20,000 nt of DNA, taken from the IMG/VR virus record IMGVR_UViG_3300020185_000037, positions 52,032-72,031 of that record. One strand, given 5' to 3'. This stretch comes from an uncultured virus (IMG/VR IMGVR_UViG_3300020185_000037) (lineage: Duplodnaviria; Heunggongvirae; Uroviricota; Caudoviricetes). The notes beneath the pieces are model-generated. The model saw only the letters and a program-made list of their open reading frames with translations. It was not told the origin of the DNA and made no database searches. Shown piece after piece: positions 7,832-15,954 of the stretch; positions within the stretch are counted from its first letter, which is position 1, and the number at the start of each line of letters is the position of its first letter. The translations under genes were made by a program, and so were the position numbers.

Positions 7832-9821
7832 CAGAACCTTTCTTATATGTGATAGTATATGTGTTTCCACTAAGAATTTTACCATCTAAAATACCATCTG
7901 CTACAATATCTTCAACGTACTTCTGTACTGCCCTTTTAAGAGGACGTGCACCGTATGCTGGGTCATATCCCTCAGTCATTAGAAACTCCTTGGCAACCTT
8001 AGTGAATTTAAGTTCAATATCTTGCTCAAGCATTCTTTCGTTAACTTGGTCTAATTCGATATCTACAATCTTAATCATATCTTCACTTGAAAGTTGATTA
8101 AACAAAACAGTTTCGTCAAGTCTATTTAAAAACTCAGGTGTAAACTTATTCTTAAGTTCTTTATCAATGATTGATTCAATTTTTGCGGTATCAGATGCAA
8201 TAGATGATTTACTTGAGAATCCAATACCTGAACCAAACTCAGCAGCTTTCTTAGCACCTACGTTTGATGTCATTACAATAATAGTATTTGTGAAATCTAC
8301 AACTCTACCTAAAGAATCCGTTAAGCGACCATCATCAAGTACCTGTAGAAGTATATTAAACGTGTCTGGGTGAGCTTTCTCAATTTCATCAAACAGGACT
8401 ACAGAATAAGGCTTGCGTCTCACAGCCTCAGTTAATTGGCCACCATCTTCAAACCCAACATATCCCGGAGGCGCACCGGTTAAGCGTGCGACATTGTGTT
8501 TTTCTTGGTATTCAGACATATCAATTCTAATCATGCTATCTTCAGTACCAAACATATAGCGTGTAAGTGCTTTAACCGTTTCAGTTTTACCAACACCGGT
8601 TGGACCTAAGAACATAAACGAACCAATTGGTTTCTTATAAGATGATACACCAGCACGTGAGCGCTTAATAACATTTGATAATACTTCAACAGCTTGGTCT
8701 TGTCCAATGATTTGCTTTTTAAGTTCAATACCTAATTGCTTAATCATTTTATGCTCATCGCCTGAAAGGCGTGAAAGTGGAATTCCAGTTTGTTGTGATA
8801 GTGTTTCTGCAATAATATCAAATGTAACTTTTTTGCGATTCTCATTAAGCGACTTTTCCCAAGCTAGAATAGCACTATCAAGTTCTTTACGCTTTGTCAT
8901 TTCTTTGTCACGAAATGTTGCTGCTTTTTCGTAGTCCTGTTCTTTAACACTGTTAAGTTTCTTTTCTTTTAGTTCTTCTGCAGCAATTTCAATCTTCTTA
9001 ATAGAATTAGGGACCTTAACTTCTTCTAAGTGTAATTTAGCGCCAGCTTCATCCATTAGGTCAATGGCCTTGTCCGGTAATTCACGTGAAGTAATATAAC
9101 GGTCAGTTAGCTTAGCGCATGCTTCAATGGCATCCTCAGTGTACTCAACCGCATGGTGGTCTTCATACTTGTCTTTAATGCGTTTTAGAATTTCAACAGT
9201 GTCTTCAACAGAAGGTGATTCAATGAATACTTCTTGGAAGCGGCGTGTAAGTGCACCATCATCTTCAATATTCTCACGGTACTCATCAAGAGTAGTTGCG
9301 CCAATACATTGTACTTGACCACGTGCTAAAGCCGGCTTGAGAATGTTTGAAGCATCTAGTGAACCTGAAACACCGCCCGCACCAACGATTGTGTGAATTT
9401 CATCGATGAAACAAATAATGTTAGGATTAGCCTTAAGTTCATCAACGATGTTTTTCATGCGCTCTTCAAACTCACCACGGTATTTAGTACCCGCAACAAT
9501 GATTGTCATATTAAGAGATACAAGGCGCTTACCAATAAGGGTGCGTGCAACTTTACCTTCAATAATACGTTGAGCTATAGCTTCTACAATAGCGGTTTTA
9601 CCAACACCGGGTTCACCTAAGATGATTGGGTTGTTTTTTTTGCGACGTGCAAGAATTTGACAAATGCGAAGAATTTCAGCGTCACGTCCAATGATGCGGT
9701 CTAATTTACCGTTCTTTGCAAGTTCCGTTAAGTCTTCACCAAACTGATCAATAAATGGAGTCTTACCTAATTTTTTAATTGGTTTTTTACCACTATTATT
9801 ATCGTAAGGATCTGGATTCAT
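7812..9821 (-). CDS. clpC: ClpC-type Hsp100 AAA+ ATPase lacking the N-terminal Clp_N domain
   Basis: GEPGVGKT/FIDEIH, GTKYRGEFEER, UVR M-domain QDYEKAATFRD, GPTGVGKT/LFDEIEKAH, PPGYVG, IGF loop, YGARPLKR. Confidence 0.95.
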   Translation of the reverse strand: MNPDPYDNNSGKKPIKKLGKTPFIDQFGEDLTELAKNGKLDRIIGRDAEILRICQILARRKKNNPIILGEPGVGKTAIVEAIAQRIIEGKVARTLIGKRLVSLNMTIIVAGTKYRGEFEERMKNIVDELKANPNIICFIDEIHTIVGAGGVSGSLDASNILKPALARGQVQCIGATTLDEYRENIEDDGALTRRFQEVFIESPSVEDTVEILKRIKDKYEDHHAVEYTEDAIEACAKLTDRYITSRELPDKAIDLMDEAGAKLHLEEVKVPNSIKKIEIAAEELKEKKLNSVKEQDYEKAATFRDKEMTKRKELDSAILAWEKSLNENRKKVTFDIIAETLSQQTGIPLSRLSGDEHKMIKQLGIELKKQIIGQDQAVEVLSNVIKRSRAGVSSYKKPIGSFMFLGPTGVGKTETVKALTRYMFGTEDSMIRIDMSEYQEKHNVARLTGAPPGYVGFEDGGQLTEAVRRKPYSVVLFDEIEKAHPDTFNILLQVLDDGRLTDSLGRVVDFTNTIIVMTSNVGAKKAAEFGSGIGFSSKSSIASDTAKIESIIDKELKNKFTPEFLNRLDETVLFNQLSSEDMIKIVDIELDQVNERMLEQDIELKFTKVAKEFLMTEGYDPAYGARPLKRAVQKYVEDIVADGILDGKILSGNTYTITYKKGSDKLFVK

Positions 9822-9844
9822 ATATGTGCTTAATTTATTTTATT

Positions 9845-9873
9845 ATTATATGGCAAAAGCCGATTATGTTTAT
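9845..9873 (-). promoter_or_regulatory. Class-2 promoter
   Basis: ATAAAC-N17-TATAAT upstream of clpC. Confidence 0.65.
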
Positions 9874-10332
9874 TTATTTAACTATATTATCAGCAGCGCA
9901 AATAGCTGGTAATAATTCAGGTTTGATATTAGCCTTGATACCTAATGACTCAACATAACCACGAGCTGCTGAAACCAACTTATGTGATTTCATATTAGGG
10001 TCTGAGTTAAGGTCTAAATCTATATTGTCTACAATTATATTGTATTCTTGTAGGTATAGTGCGACTTCAACTGAACGTTCAACTTCTCTCCATAGCCTGG
10101 TCCAGAAGTCATTTATTCTAGGTGATATACGTTCACGTTGATAGAGTACATGACAACCCGTGTTGCCAATATGTATAACTACCGTAGTTGCGTAACTTGT
10201 CCATGACTTTTTATTTTGGCTATCACAACCAATATAAAGTCTAACATTTTCAGCACCCACTTCGTCTATATATTTTTTTAAATATTCGCCGAGATTTATT
10301 TGCACTGAATCTGTAAGCCTCCTAAATTTCAT
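9874..10332 (-). CDS. RNase H-like YkuK (DUF458) family protein
   Basis: YIGCDSQ, YATTVV, RLWREVERS, IDLDLN, IKP...AAD. Confidence 0.85.
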   Translation of the reverse strand: MKFRRLTDSVQINLGEYLKKYIDEVGAENVRLYIGCDSQNKKSWTSYATTVVIHIGNTGCHVLYQRERISPRINDFWTRLWREVERSVEVALYLQEYNIIVDNIDLDLNSDPNMKSHKLVSAARGYVESLGIKANIKPELLPAICAADNIVK

Positions 10333-10335
10333 AGA

Positions 10336-11004
10336 TTAAAAGTTTACGCTACTTTCCGGATTGAATTTATCATGATATTCATTAATCTTTTCAGCAGCTT
10401 CTTCAGCAGAATCCACGATTCTGAATAAATCAAAGTCTTTCAGGCTCATTCTACCAGATGCATTAACCATATTCATTAACCAATCCATAAGACCTTCCCA
10501 ATATTTCTTACCTACAAGTACAATTGGTTGCGTTTGTATATGACTGCATTGAATTAATGTAAGTGCTTCAAATAGTTCATCGAGTGTACCGAGCCCGCCT
10601 GGAAAAACTACATATCCTTGAGAATATTTCATGAACATGACTTTACGTGTAAAGAAGTATCTATTCTCCACACCTACATTAATATAAGGATTCATCTCAG
10701 CCTCAAATGGTAGTTCAATACCCACGCCAACCGAAACACCACCAGCTTCTTGGCAGCCTTGATTAACAGCCTCCATAATTCCTGGACCACCACCTGAGAT
10801 AACACCAATATTTGATTCTGCCATTAGGCCACCAAATTTACGTGCCTCTTTGTACCATTTATCTTTTTTTGAAGTTCTTGCTGAACCGAATACAGATACG
10901 CATGGTCCTAATTTATTAAAGGTATCAAAGCCTTTTGTAAATTCAGCTTGGATACGCATGATTTGCCATGCATCCGTTGCTTTATCGGGCTTATTGAATT
11001 TCAT
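10336..11004 (-). CDS. LOG family (TIGR00730) nucleotide monophosphate phosphoribohydrolase
   Basis: VSVFGSAR, SGGGPGIMEA, YFFTRKVMF, FPGGLGTLDELFE. Confidence 0.93.
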   Translation of the reverse strand: MKFNKPDKATDAWQIMRIQAEFTKGFDTFNKLGPCVSVFGSARTSKKDKWYKEARKFGGLMAESNIGVISGGGPGIMEAVNQGCQEAGGVSVGVGIELPFEAEMNPYINVGVENRYFFTRKVMFMKYSQGYVVFPGGLGTLDELFEALTLIQCSHIQTQPIVLVGKKYWEGLMDWLMNMVNASGRMSLKDFDLFRIVDSAEEAAEKINEYHDKFNPESSVNF

Positions 11005-11028
11005 AGTATAATATTTTTAATTACTAAT

Positions 11029-11058
11029 GTTATACGGTGAAATGTTATTTTTGTTTAT
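11029..11058 (-). promoter_or_regulatory. Class-2 promoter
   Basis: ATAAAC-N18-TATAAC upstream of the LOG gene. Confidence 0.6.
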
Positions 11059-11060
11059 AA

Positions 11061-11097
11061 AAAAGAAAACCCCAACGGGTTTGGCGTTAGGGTTTTT
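11061..11097. terminator. Intrinsic terminator, possibly bidirectional
   Basis: AAAACCCCAACG-ggtttgg-CGTTAGGGTTTT flanked by A and T tracts. Confidence 0.75.
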
Positions 11098-11222
11098 ACT
11101 TGAACAAATATTTGAACATATATTTCTTACCGAAGTGGAAACAAATTCGTTATGTTATATATCTTGTAATATTTTAAAGTTTATTATAATATTGCGTTAT
11201 GCCTCTATTGGTACTCATTTAA

Positions 11223-11624
11223 TTAACCTAAATGTGAATCAGGTGAAATACCAGAGTTTTTAAACAAAGCTATACTAAATACAATCAACACTAAAATATT
11301 AATAGGTATTGAAATTATAAGTTCCATGTCGTTTGTAAAACCTTGTATAATACTAAGTATCAAATATACAATATAAAAATGTAGGTCGTTATTATCAGTG
11401 AATAATGCCCTAGCTCTTTTTCTTAATGTTGAAAATTGTAATACAATACCAACACATGCTATAAGCACGCCCAACATTGTAAGTCCCATAATTCCAGAGA
11501 CAACACCATATCCGATTAAAAATCCACCCGGCCATTGTAGGATTATTGAAGAAACCCATCTGATGAGAAAATCAATACCGCTAATAGTACCTGAGAAGTT
11601 AAATAGTTTTTTTAAAAATTCCAT
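11223..11624 (-). CDS. DUF805-like membrane protein
   Basis: FNFSGTI N-terminus, several hydrophobic helices, STLRKR motif. Confidence 0.7.
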   Translation of the reverse strand: MEFLKKLFNFSGTISGIDFLIRWVSSIILQWPGGFLIGYGVVSGIMGLTMLGVLIACVGIVLQFSTLRKRARALFTDNNDLHFYIVYLILSIIQGFTNDMELIISIPINILVLIVFSIALFKNSGISPDSHLG

Positions 11625-11644
11625 AATTTTATTTTTTATCTTTT

Positions 11645-12049
11645 TTATCTTTTTCCACCGAAGTATGCTACAGCCAATCCTTCTGTTATTAATAGTTCAT
11701 TTAAACTAAGGAATACTGGTCGCGATTCTGAAGAGTCATCCCACGGTTTGATATCTTGATACCCTGCGTAAATAACACCCAAAGATCTACCATACTTATC
11801 TAGCCCCATTGATTTTAATATAAATTTATTATCATTAGCCTGTAATAATTCAATAAGACGGTCTTTAGCTTTTAACCCAGCTTCTTTTTCTTCAAGATCA
11901 CGTGTTCTAGTTTCAGGTGTATTAATTCCATGTAATCTAATATTACAACGCTTCCACATATCAAAGCCAACATCGACGTTAGCAATGATAGTATCACCAT
12001 CTACAACTCGTACAACTTCTGCATGATATGTATAGTTAACTTCTACCAT
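11645..12049 (-). CDS. Thermonuclease (SNase) family protein
   Basis: VVRVVDGDTI, IRLHGINTPE, DKYGR, NELLITEGLA. Confidence 0.92.
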   Translation of the reverse strand: MVEVNYTYHAEVVRVVDGDTIIANVDVGFDMWKRCNIRLHGINTPETRTRDLEEKEAGLKAKDRLIELLQANDNKFILKSMGLDKYGRSLGVIYAGYQDIKPWDDSSESRPVFLSLNELLITEGLAVAYFGGKR

Positions 12050-12071
12050 TCTTTTAAGGGTATATTAACCA

Positions 12072-12299
12072 TTACAAATTCTTTTTAGTCGCATGAAACT
12101 GCATAATTGCGTTTTCAATTAGGTCATTTGTTAGGTTTTTTTCAACCGTTAGATTAATTATTTCGTCACGGTCACTAGTGGACATTGCTGCTAAAACTGT
12201 CGCAACAGTTTCCGCATCCTCGTTAAAAACTTTTGTTAAAAAGGTCATCGCTAAAACGTCACCTTGAACAATTTTTACTTCGTTAATGTTATCTTCCAT
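12072..12299 (-). CDS. Hypothetical protein (75 aa)
   Basis: ORF track; class-2 promoter upstream. Confidence 0.75.
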   Translation of the reverse strand: MEDNINEVKIVQGDVLAMTFLTKVFNEDAETVATVLAAMSTSDRDEIINLTVEKNLTNDLIENAIMQFHATKKNL

Positions 12300-12326
12300 A
12301 TTATATTTATTGTTATTACTATTATA

Positions 12327-12356
12327 ATTATAGTTAATTAAACAAAGAATGTTTCA
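12327..12356 (-). promoter_or_regulatory. Class-2 promoter
   Basis: TGAAAC-N18-TATAAT. Confidence 0.7.
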
Positions 12357-12400
12357 TCTTAGTCTACCAATTCTTTAAGTTTTTAAAATTAAAAAAAATT

Positions 12401-12591
12401 ATTTCAGCGAAGGGAAATTTTAGACCACCAAATAAATAATTGATTTTTTTAATTTTTTAATTTTTCAATTAACTCCGCCACATTTACACACAATGTGCCG
12501 ATATTTAAATAAACCTTAAGATTTTCTGCATAGGGAAATTTTTGTACCCTAAATAAATAATTGATTTTTTTGATTTTTTATTTTTTCAATT
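12401..12591. repeat. Two imperfect ~70 bp AT-rich direct repeats (12401-12470, 12522-12591; period 121 bp)
   Basis: Both read AGGGAAATTTT-N8-AAATAAATAATTGATTTTTTT-N-ATTTTTTA-N-TTTTTCAATT. Confidence 0.9.
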
Positions 12592-12730
12592 TATTCTTTA
12601 AATTGTAATACCACTCCTTAATACTATCTATTAACGTGTCGCCTATTCTAACTACTGTGCTAGCAAAACCCGCTAGTATTAAAATAACTAATAATTTACT
12701 CGCAGTACCGAGTGATTCAATCCATTCCAT
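12578..12730 (-). CDS. Small single-pass membrane protein (50 aa); not in ORF track
   Basis: Hand translation MEWIESLGTASKLLVILILAGFASTVVRIGDTLIDSIKEWYYNLKNKLKK; starts 12 nt after the stop at 12743. Confidence 0.6.
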   Translation of the reverse strand: MEWIESLGTASKLLVILILAGFASTVVRIGDTLIDSIKEWYYNLKNKLKK

Positions 12731-12742
12731 AATTAGCTTAAA

Positions 12743-13138
12743 TTAAAATGGTAAAGGATCGGGATCCGGACCGAGAGCTGTCTCCGGACCGAGAGCCTTG
12801 TAGTTACTTTCAACAACCGAGAGCACACCCTCCCAGTCTACAGGCACCGTAAAGAAATCGCCCTTGCTATTGTGGCGGCCTACCGTAATACCCCAACCAC
12901 CGGCAGCGGACATATAAGCCTCGGGGTTTCTTACACTATCATATAGTACAGGGGCAAACTCTCCCAGCTGCATAATGATGTAACCTTCTCCGAGGTGTGA
13001 ATAAGGATGCAATACATTATTACTCTTATTTCTATCAATAAACGTAGTGTATCCTATCTTAGTCTTTAATAATTCTAAGAACTCAAATTTACTCATAGGG
13101 CCTGTTAGTGTCGGCCCGTCATCGTGTGTTATTGTCAT
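12743..13138 (-). CDS. Hypothetical protein (131 aa) ending in DPDPLPF
   Basis: The track start (13252) is upstream of a class-2 promoter at 13178-13206, so the ATG at 13138 (MTITHDDG) is preferred. Confidence 0.75.
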   Translation of the reverse strand: MTITHDDGPTLTGPMSKFEFLELLKTKIGYTTFIDRNKSNNVLHPYSHLGEGYIIMQLGEFAPVLYDSVRNPEAYMSAAGGWGITVGRHNSKGDFFTVPVDWEGVLSVVESNYKALGPETALGPDPDPLPF

Positions 13139-13177
13139 ATTATCTTTAGGTTTCGGCCGGACCTTCCCGGCACCTAT

Positions 13178-13206
13178 ATTATACGGGTTAATTATTTTTT
13201 GTTTCA
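13178..13206 (-). promoter_or_regulatory. Class-2 promoter
   Basis: TGAAAC-N17-TATAAT. Confidence 0.7.
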
Positions 13207-13209
13207 AGG

Positions 13210-13840
13210 GCAACGGGCACCCGACCCTTCCAAGCGCACTGACTTGGCTCACGCCGTATTGTGGGTCTGGCAGTTACTCTGGGTACTCTAAGTGCTCTGG
13301 GTTCTTTTAATTCTTTTAGTATCGGCCTGGGACTCAATTGGCTTCGCCTGTTTTAAGGGGTCCCTGGCCGTTCAGATGGTTAGAGGACTTACCGGAGGGT
13401 ATTTGTCTAACACTCTGGGTTCCAGTAGTTTATGGGTACTCTGAGTAGCTTCCAGTATCGTATGGGTATCGACCGTTAGTTCACGGTCGCTTCGGGGGTA
13501 TTTTACCCCTTCTACGGGGCGCCCAATTTTTTTTGTAGGGGCGACTTCTTTTTTTCTGGGTTTTTTCCAGGGAAACCCTAGACTCTAAGTATCGGGGTCT
13601 CCTATTAGCGTTGCTTGGGTTTATTTACCTACAAGGGTAATTTTAAGCTTTCATGGGGTGTGATAGTTAATTGGCATATTGCACATTCTTTATCACCTAT
13701 TGCTTATTATTAGTTGTCATGTGGTACCCTAACCCTTGCACACAAAAATTTATAAATTGGGGACTTGCCCCCGGAGCCCTTGAGTATGCGCATTGGCACA
13801 TGTGGGTGGGGGGTTGACATTCCCTTAATTGGGGGATTGG
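13210..13840. other. Non-coding region, GC-richer than surroundings, dense in hairpins and short repeats
   Basis: No credible ORF of 60 aa or more; repeated CTCTGGGT and GGGTACTCT; hairpins at 13323-13370, 13470-13489 and 13495-13509. Confidence 0.7.
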
Positions 13841-13844
13841 GCCT

Positions 13845-14000
13845 TTAAGCCTCTTTAGTGTTGAAAGCTGTCTTATCGCCGTTAACCTTAATTGGGCTAT
13901 CTTGTGCTGCGATGTGTCGGGCTAGGGATTCGAATGTTCCTTCATACGTATAAGTATACCCGTTGTCTCTTTCTAGTGTGAATACAAATGTTTTACTCAT
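13845..14000 (-). CDS. Small hypothetical protein (51 aa); not in ORF track
   Basis: Hand translation MSKTFVFTLERDNGYTYTYEGTFESLARHIAAQDSPIKVNGDKTAFNTKEA; ATAAAC-N18-TATATA at 14005-14034 upstream. Confidence 0.6.
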   Translation of the reverse strand: MSKTFVFTLERDNGYTYTYEGTFESLARHIAAQDSPIKVNGDKTAFNTKEA

Positions 14001-14036
14001 GGTTTATATATTGCTTTAATTATTGGTTGTTTATGG

Positions 14037-14067
14037 GAAGCCCTATATAGGCTTTATATAGGGCTTC
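14037..14067. repeat. Perfect 13-bp inverted repeat
   Basis: GAAGCCCTATATA-ggctt-TATATAGGGCTTC. Confidence 0.95.
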
Positions 14068-14081
14068 TGTGGGGTGGTTGT

Positions 14082-14498
14082 TTATTTAATGGTTTCTTTG
14101 ACCATAGGGAGTTTACCTGCTAGAGTTTGGGCGCTACATTTAAAGGTTTTGTTTGAGCCAACTTCTTTAATCATTACTGGGGCTTTCTTAGCACGTGTGT
14201 TCCAGCCTTCGATAGAGAAGATTTTACCTTGGAGGGCGATACGGTCGCCGATAGAGAATTGGCTTACACCATTAAGCTCTGCATAGAGGGGCCAGTTTTG
14301 GGCTTCTTTAGTGATAGCAGTTCCCTCTTTACTAACTGTATTACACTTAGTTTTAAAGGTTACCTCATTGTCACTATAGCTAGCGTTACCTACATTGATT
14401 TGAATACCGTACTGCTTTTCTAGTTTAGCAAGTGCAGCGTTCATGTCTTGACGAAGGCTCTTTAGGTTTTGTTTGTTGAATTCTTTGATAGTTGCCAT
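14082..14498 (-). CDS. Hypothetical phage protein (138 aa)
   Basis: ORF track; own class-1 repeat upstream; GWNTRAKKAPV motif. Confidence 0.85.
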   Translation of the reverse strand: MATIKEFNKQNLKSLRQDMNAALAKLEKQYGIQINVGNASYSDNEVTFKTKCNTVSKEGTAITKEAQNWPLYAELNGVSQFSIGDRIALQGKIFSIEGWNTRAKKAPVMIKEVGSNKTFKCSAQTLAGKLPMVKETIK

Positions 14499-14515
14499 AA
14501 GCGATTTTTATTTGT

Positions 14516-14595
14516 TTAGTGGGTTTCCCCGATTGATTACATAGTAAATATAGGCAAAATAGTTGACATAAAAAAACTTTTAGTCAATTATTTTG
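14516..14595 (-). promoter_or_regulatory. Class-1 promoter repeat, copy 6 (with GGG-GAAA-CCC hairpin)
   Basis: Plus strand TTAGTGGGTTTCCCCGATTGATTACATAGTAAATATAGGCAAAATAGTTGACATAAAAAAACTTTTAGTCAATTATTTTG. Confidence 0.95.
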
Positions 14596-14824
14596 AAACT
14601 TTTTTATCAAGCGATCCTGCGAGCTCATTACTTAATATACCAAATAGGTAGGCACCTATAATGAATAATGAGTTAACTGGTTGGTTAATCATGTATAATA
14701 GACCCCTACATGCTAGGGTTACCGCGATAGGTAATAGGATACACCCAGTTGCTAAAATGATTAAGGTAGCCATTAAGGTTGTGAGACCCTGGTTACGATT
14801 GATGAATGATTTGATATAGTTCAT
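14588..14824 (-). CDS. Small membrane protein (78 aa, about two TM segments)
   Basis: Hydrophobic stretches; bounded by repeats on both sides. Confidence 0.75.
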   Translation of the reverse strand: MNYIKSFINRNQGLTTLMATLIILATGCILLPIAVTLACRGLLYMINQPVNSLFIIGAYLFGILSNELAGSLDKKVSK

Positions 14825-14832
14825 ATTTATTA

Positions 14833-14908
14833 CGATTGATTACATAGTAAATATAGGCAAAATAGTTGACATAAAAAAACTTTTAGCCAACTATTTTCAA
14901 ATTATTTT
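14833..14908 (-). promoter_or_regulatory. Class-1 promoter repeat, copy 7
   Basis: Plus strand CGATTGATTACATAGTAAATATAGGCAAAATAGTTGACATAAAAAAACTTTTAGCCAACTATTTTCAAATTATTTT. Confidence 0.95.
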
Positions 14909-15210
14909 AAGTAAGCTGGTCCGAACTGATTGTACACTGCTGTACCGTTTAATATGTTACCTCTCGAGTGTCTTGTAGGTGTTGCCCACGAAGCCGGCTT
15001 TAAAAGGTCTCCTGTAACTTGCCCTTTACTAGGATCATCTTTTAAGGCTATGAAGCCCCATGTTGAGTACTCATCCATAATCTTGGCGTACTTACGTCCA
15101 TATGATACGGTGAGTACAGGAGCTTGTGATTGCCACTGTTCTGGGTAATAGCTGTTACATTTAGCTTGGGCTACTGGAATCCAGTTTTCGATTTGCTCTT
15201 TAATGTTCAT
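14902..15210 (-). CDS. Conserved phage protein of unknown function
   Basis: GRKYAKI...WGFI...GDLLKPASWATP...RGNI...GPAYL motif set, recalled as widespread in phages. Confidence 0.85.
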   Translation of the reverse strand: MNIKEQIENWIPVAQAKCNSYYPEQWQSQAPVLTVSYGRKYAKIMDEYSTWGFIALKDDPSKGQVTGDLLKPASWATPTRHSRGNILNGTAVYNQFGPAYLK

Positions 15211-15225
15211 ATTAGTTTCTCTTTT

Positions 15226-15285
15226 ATTATACTATAAATATAGGCAATTAAGTTGATATAAAAAAGCTTTTAGCCTAATAGTTAC
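15226..15285 (-). promoter_or_regulatory. Class-1 promoter repeat, copy 8 (diverged)
   Basis: Plus strand ATTATACTATAAATATAGGCAATTAAGTTGATATAAAAAAGCTTTTAGCC. Confidence 0.85.
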
Positions 15286-15293
15286 TAACAATT

Positions 15294-15611
15294 TTAGTTA
15301 GTCATCATATAACCTATACGGGCCATGGCGTCACGCTCCTCTGCAGTGGCCTTGTACATAGAGTCTAACTTAACATACATACCTTTCATACGGAAGCAAT
15401 GTCCCTCGCCTATAACCTCTTCAGGTACCGTGACATACTTATTACCAACGTACAATGCCCAATGTGCTTCGGTCTCCATAGCTTTAGCCTTTTTAATAGC
15501 CTCACGCTTATTAAAAGCCCACACGTCATTAAACCCACATACGTTGTTGTTTTCATCAACCCAGTTAAACTGGTAGTTGTACTCTCCTTTGTTATTTTTT
15601 AATAATGCCAT
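15294..15611 (-). CDS. Hypothetical protein (105 aa)
   Basis: ORF track; starts 3 nt after 15615..15854, so probably co-transcribed. Confidence 0.8.
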   Translation of the reverse strand: MALLKNNKGEYNYQFNWVDENNNVCGFNDVWAFNKREAIKKAKAMETEAHWALYVGNKYVTVPEEVIGEGHCFRMKGMYVKLDSMYKATAEERDAMARIGYMMTN

Positions 15612-15614
15612 AAT

Positions 15615-15854
15615 TTATTTAAGGTTTAGAATTATATGATTACCTTCATATACATCTTCTACTATTAGCTCAGGTGCCAATTTATGAAGGATGAATTCAC
15701 GTTCACTTGGAGTAGACTCCAGGAGGAAGTCCGCTGCTGGGCTACCTGCATTAAGTAGGTATCCACTAACAGGTTCGTCGTATAGACTCTCTAGCCTTAG
15801 GTTAACCAAGATTTGGTTAAGCTCCTCTTCGATTGCGTTTAGTTCTTTATTCAT
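15615..15854 (-). CDS. Hypothetical acidic protein (79 aa)
   Basis: ORF track; class-1 repeat upstream. Confidence 0.8.
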   Translation of the reverse strand: MNKELNAIEEELNQILVNLRLESLYDEPVSGYLLNAGSPAADFLLESTPSEREFILHKLAPELIVEDVYEGNHIILNLK

Positions 15855-15869
15855 TAGGATTGTCTCATT

Positions 15870-15954
15870 GGGTTCCCCCGATTGATTACATAGTAAATAT
15901 AGGCAAAATAAACGACATAAAAAAGTTTTTAGCCATTTATTTTCAAAGTATTTT
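15870..15954 (-). promoter_or_regulatory. Class-1 promoter repeat, copy 9 (hairpin variant GGG-GGAA-CCC)
   Basis: Plus strand GGGTTCCCCCGATTGATTACATAGTAAATATAGGCAAAATAAACGACATAAAAAAGTTTTTAGCCATTTATTTTCAAAGTATTTT. Confidence 0.95.

Noticed and set aside
5916..11004. Bacterial chromosome origin, suggested by clpP, clpC and LOG
   Set aside because: These genes are interleaved with phage-type genes (TS-like, DUF6378, Dam, small orphans) and phage-style repeated promoters.
13210..13840. tRNA, tmRNA or self-splicing intron
   Set aside because: No cloverleaf with T-loop and acceptor stem, no recognisable intron core, and no interrupted gene.
1366..15885. Plus-strand track ORFs within 1-16 kb (e.g. 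6097, 7738, 8167, 8707, 9127, 11398, 14930, 15325)
   Set aside because: Antisense shadows of well-supported minus-strand genes.
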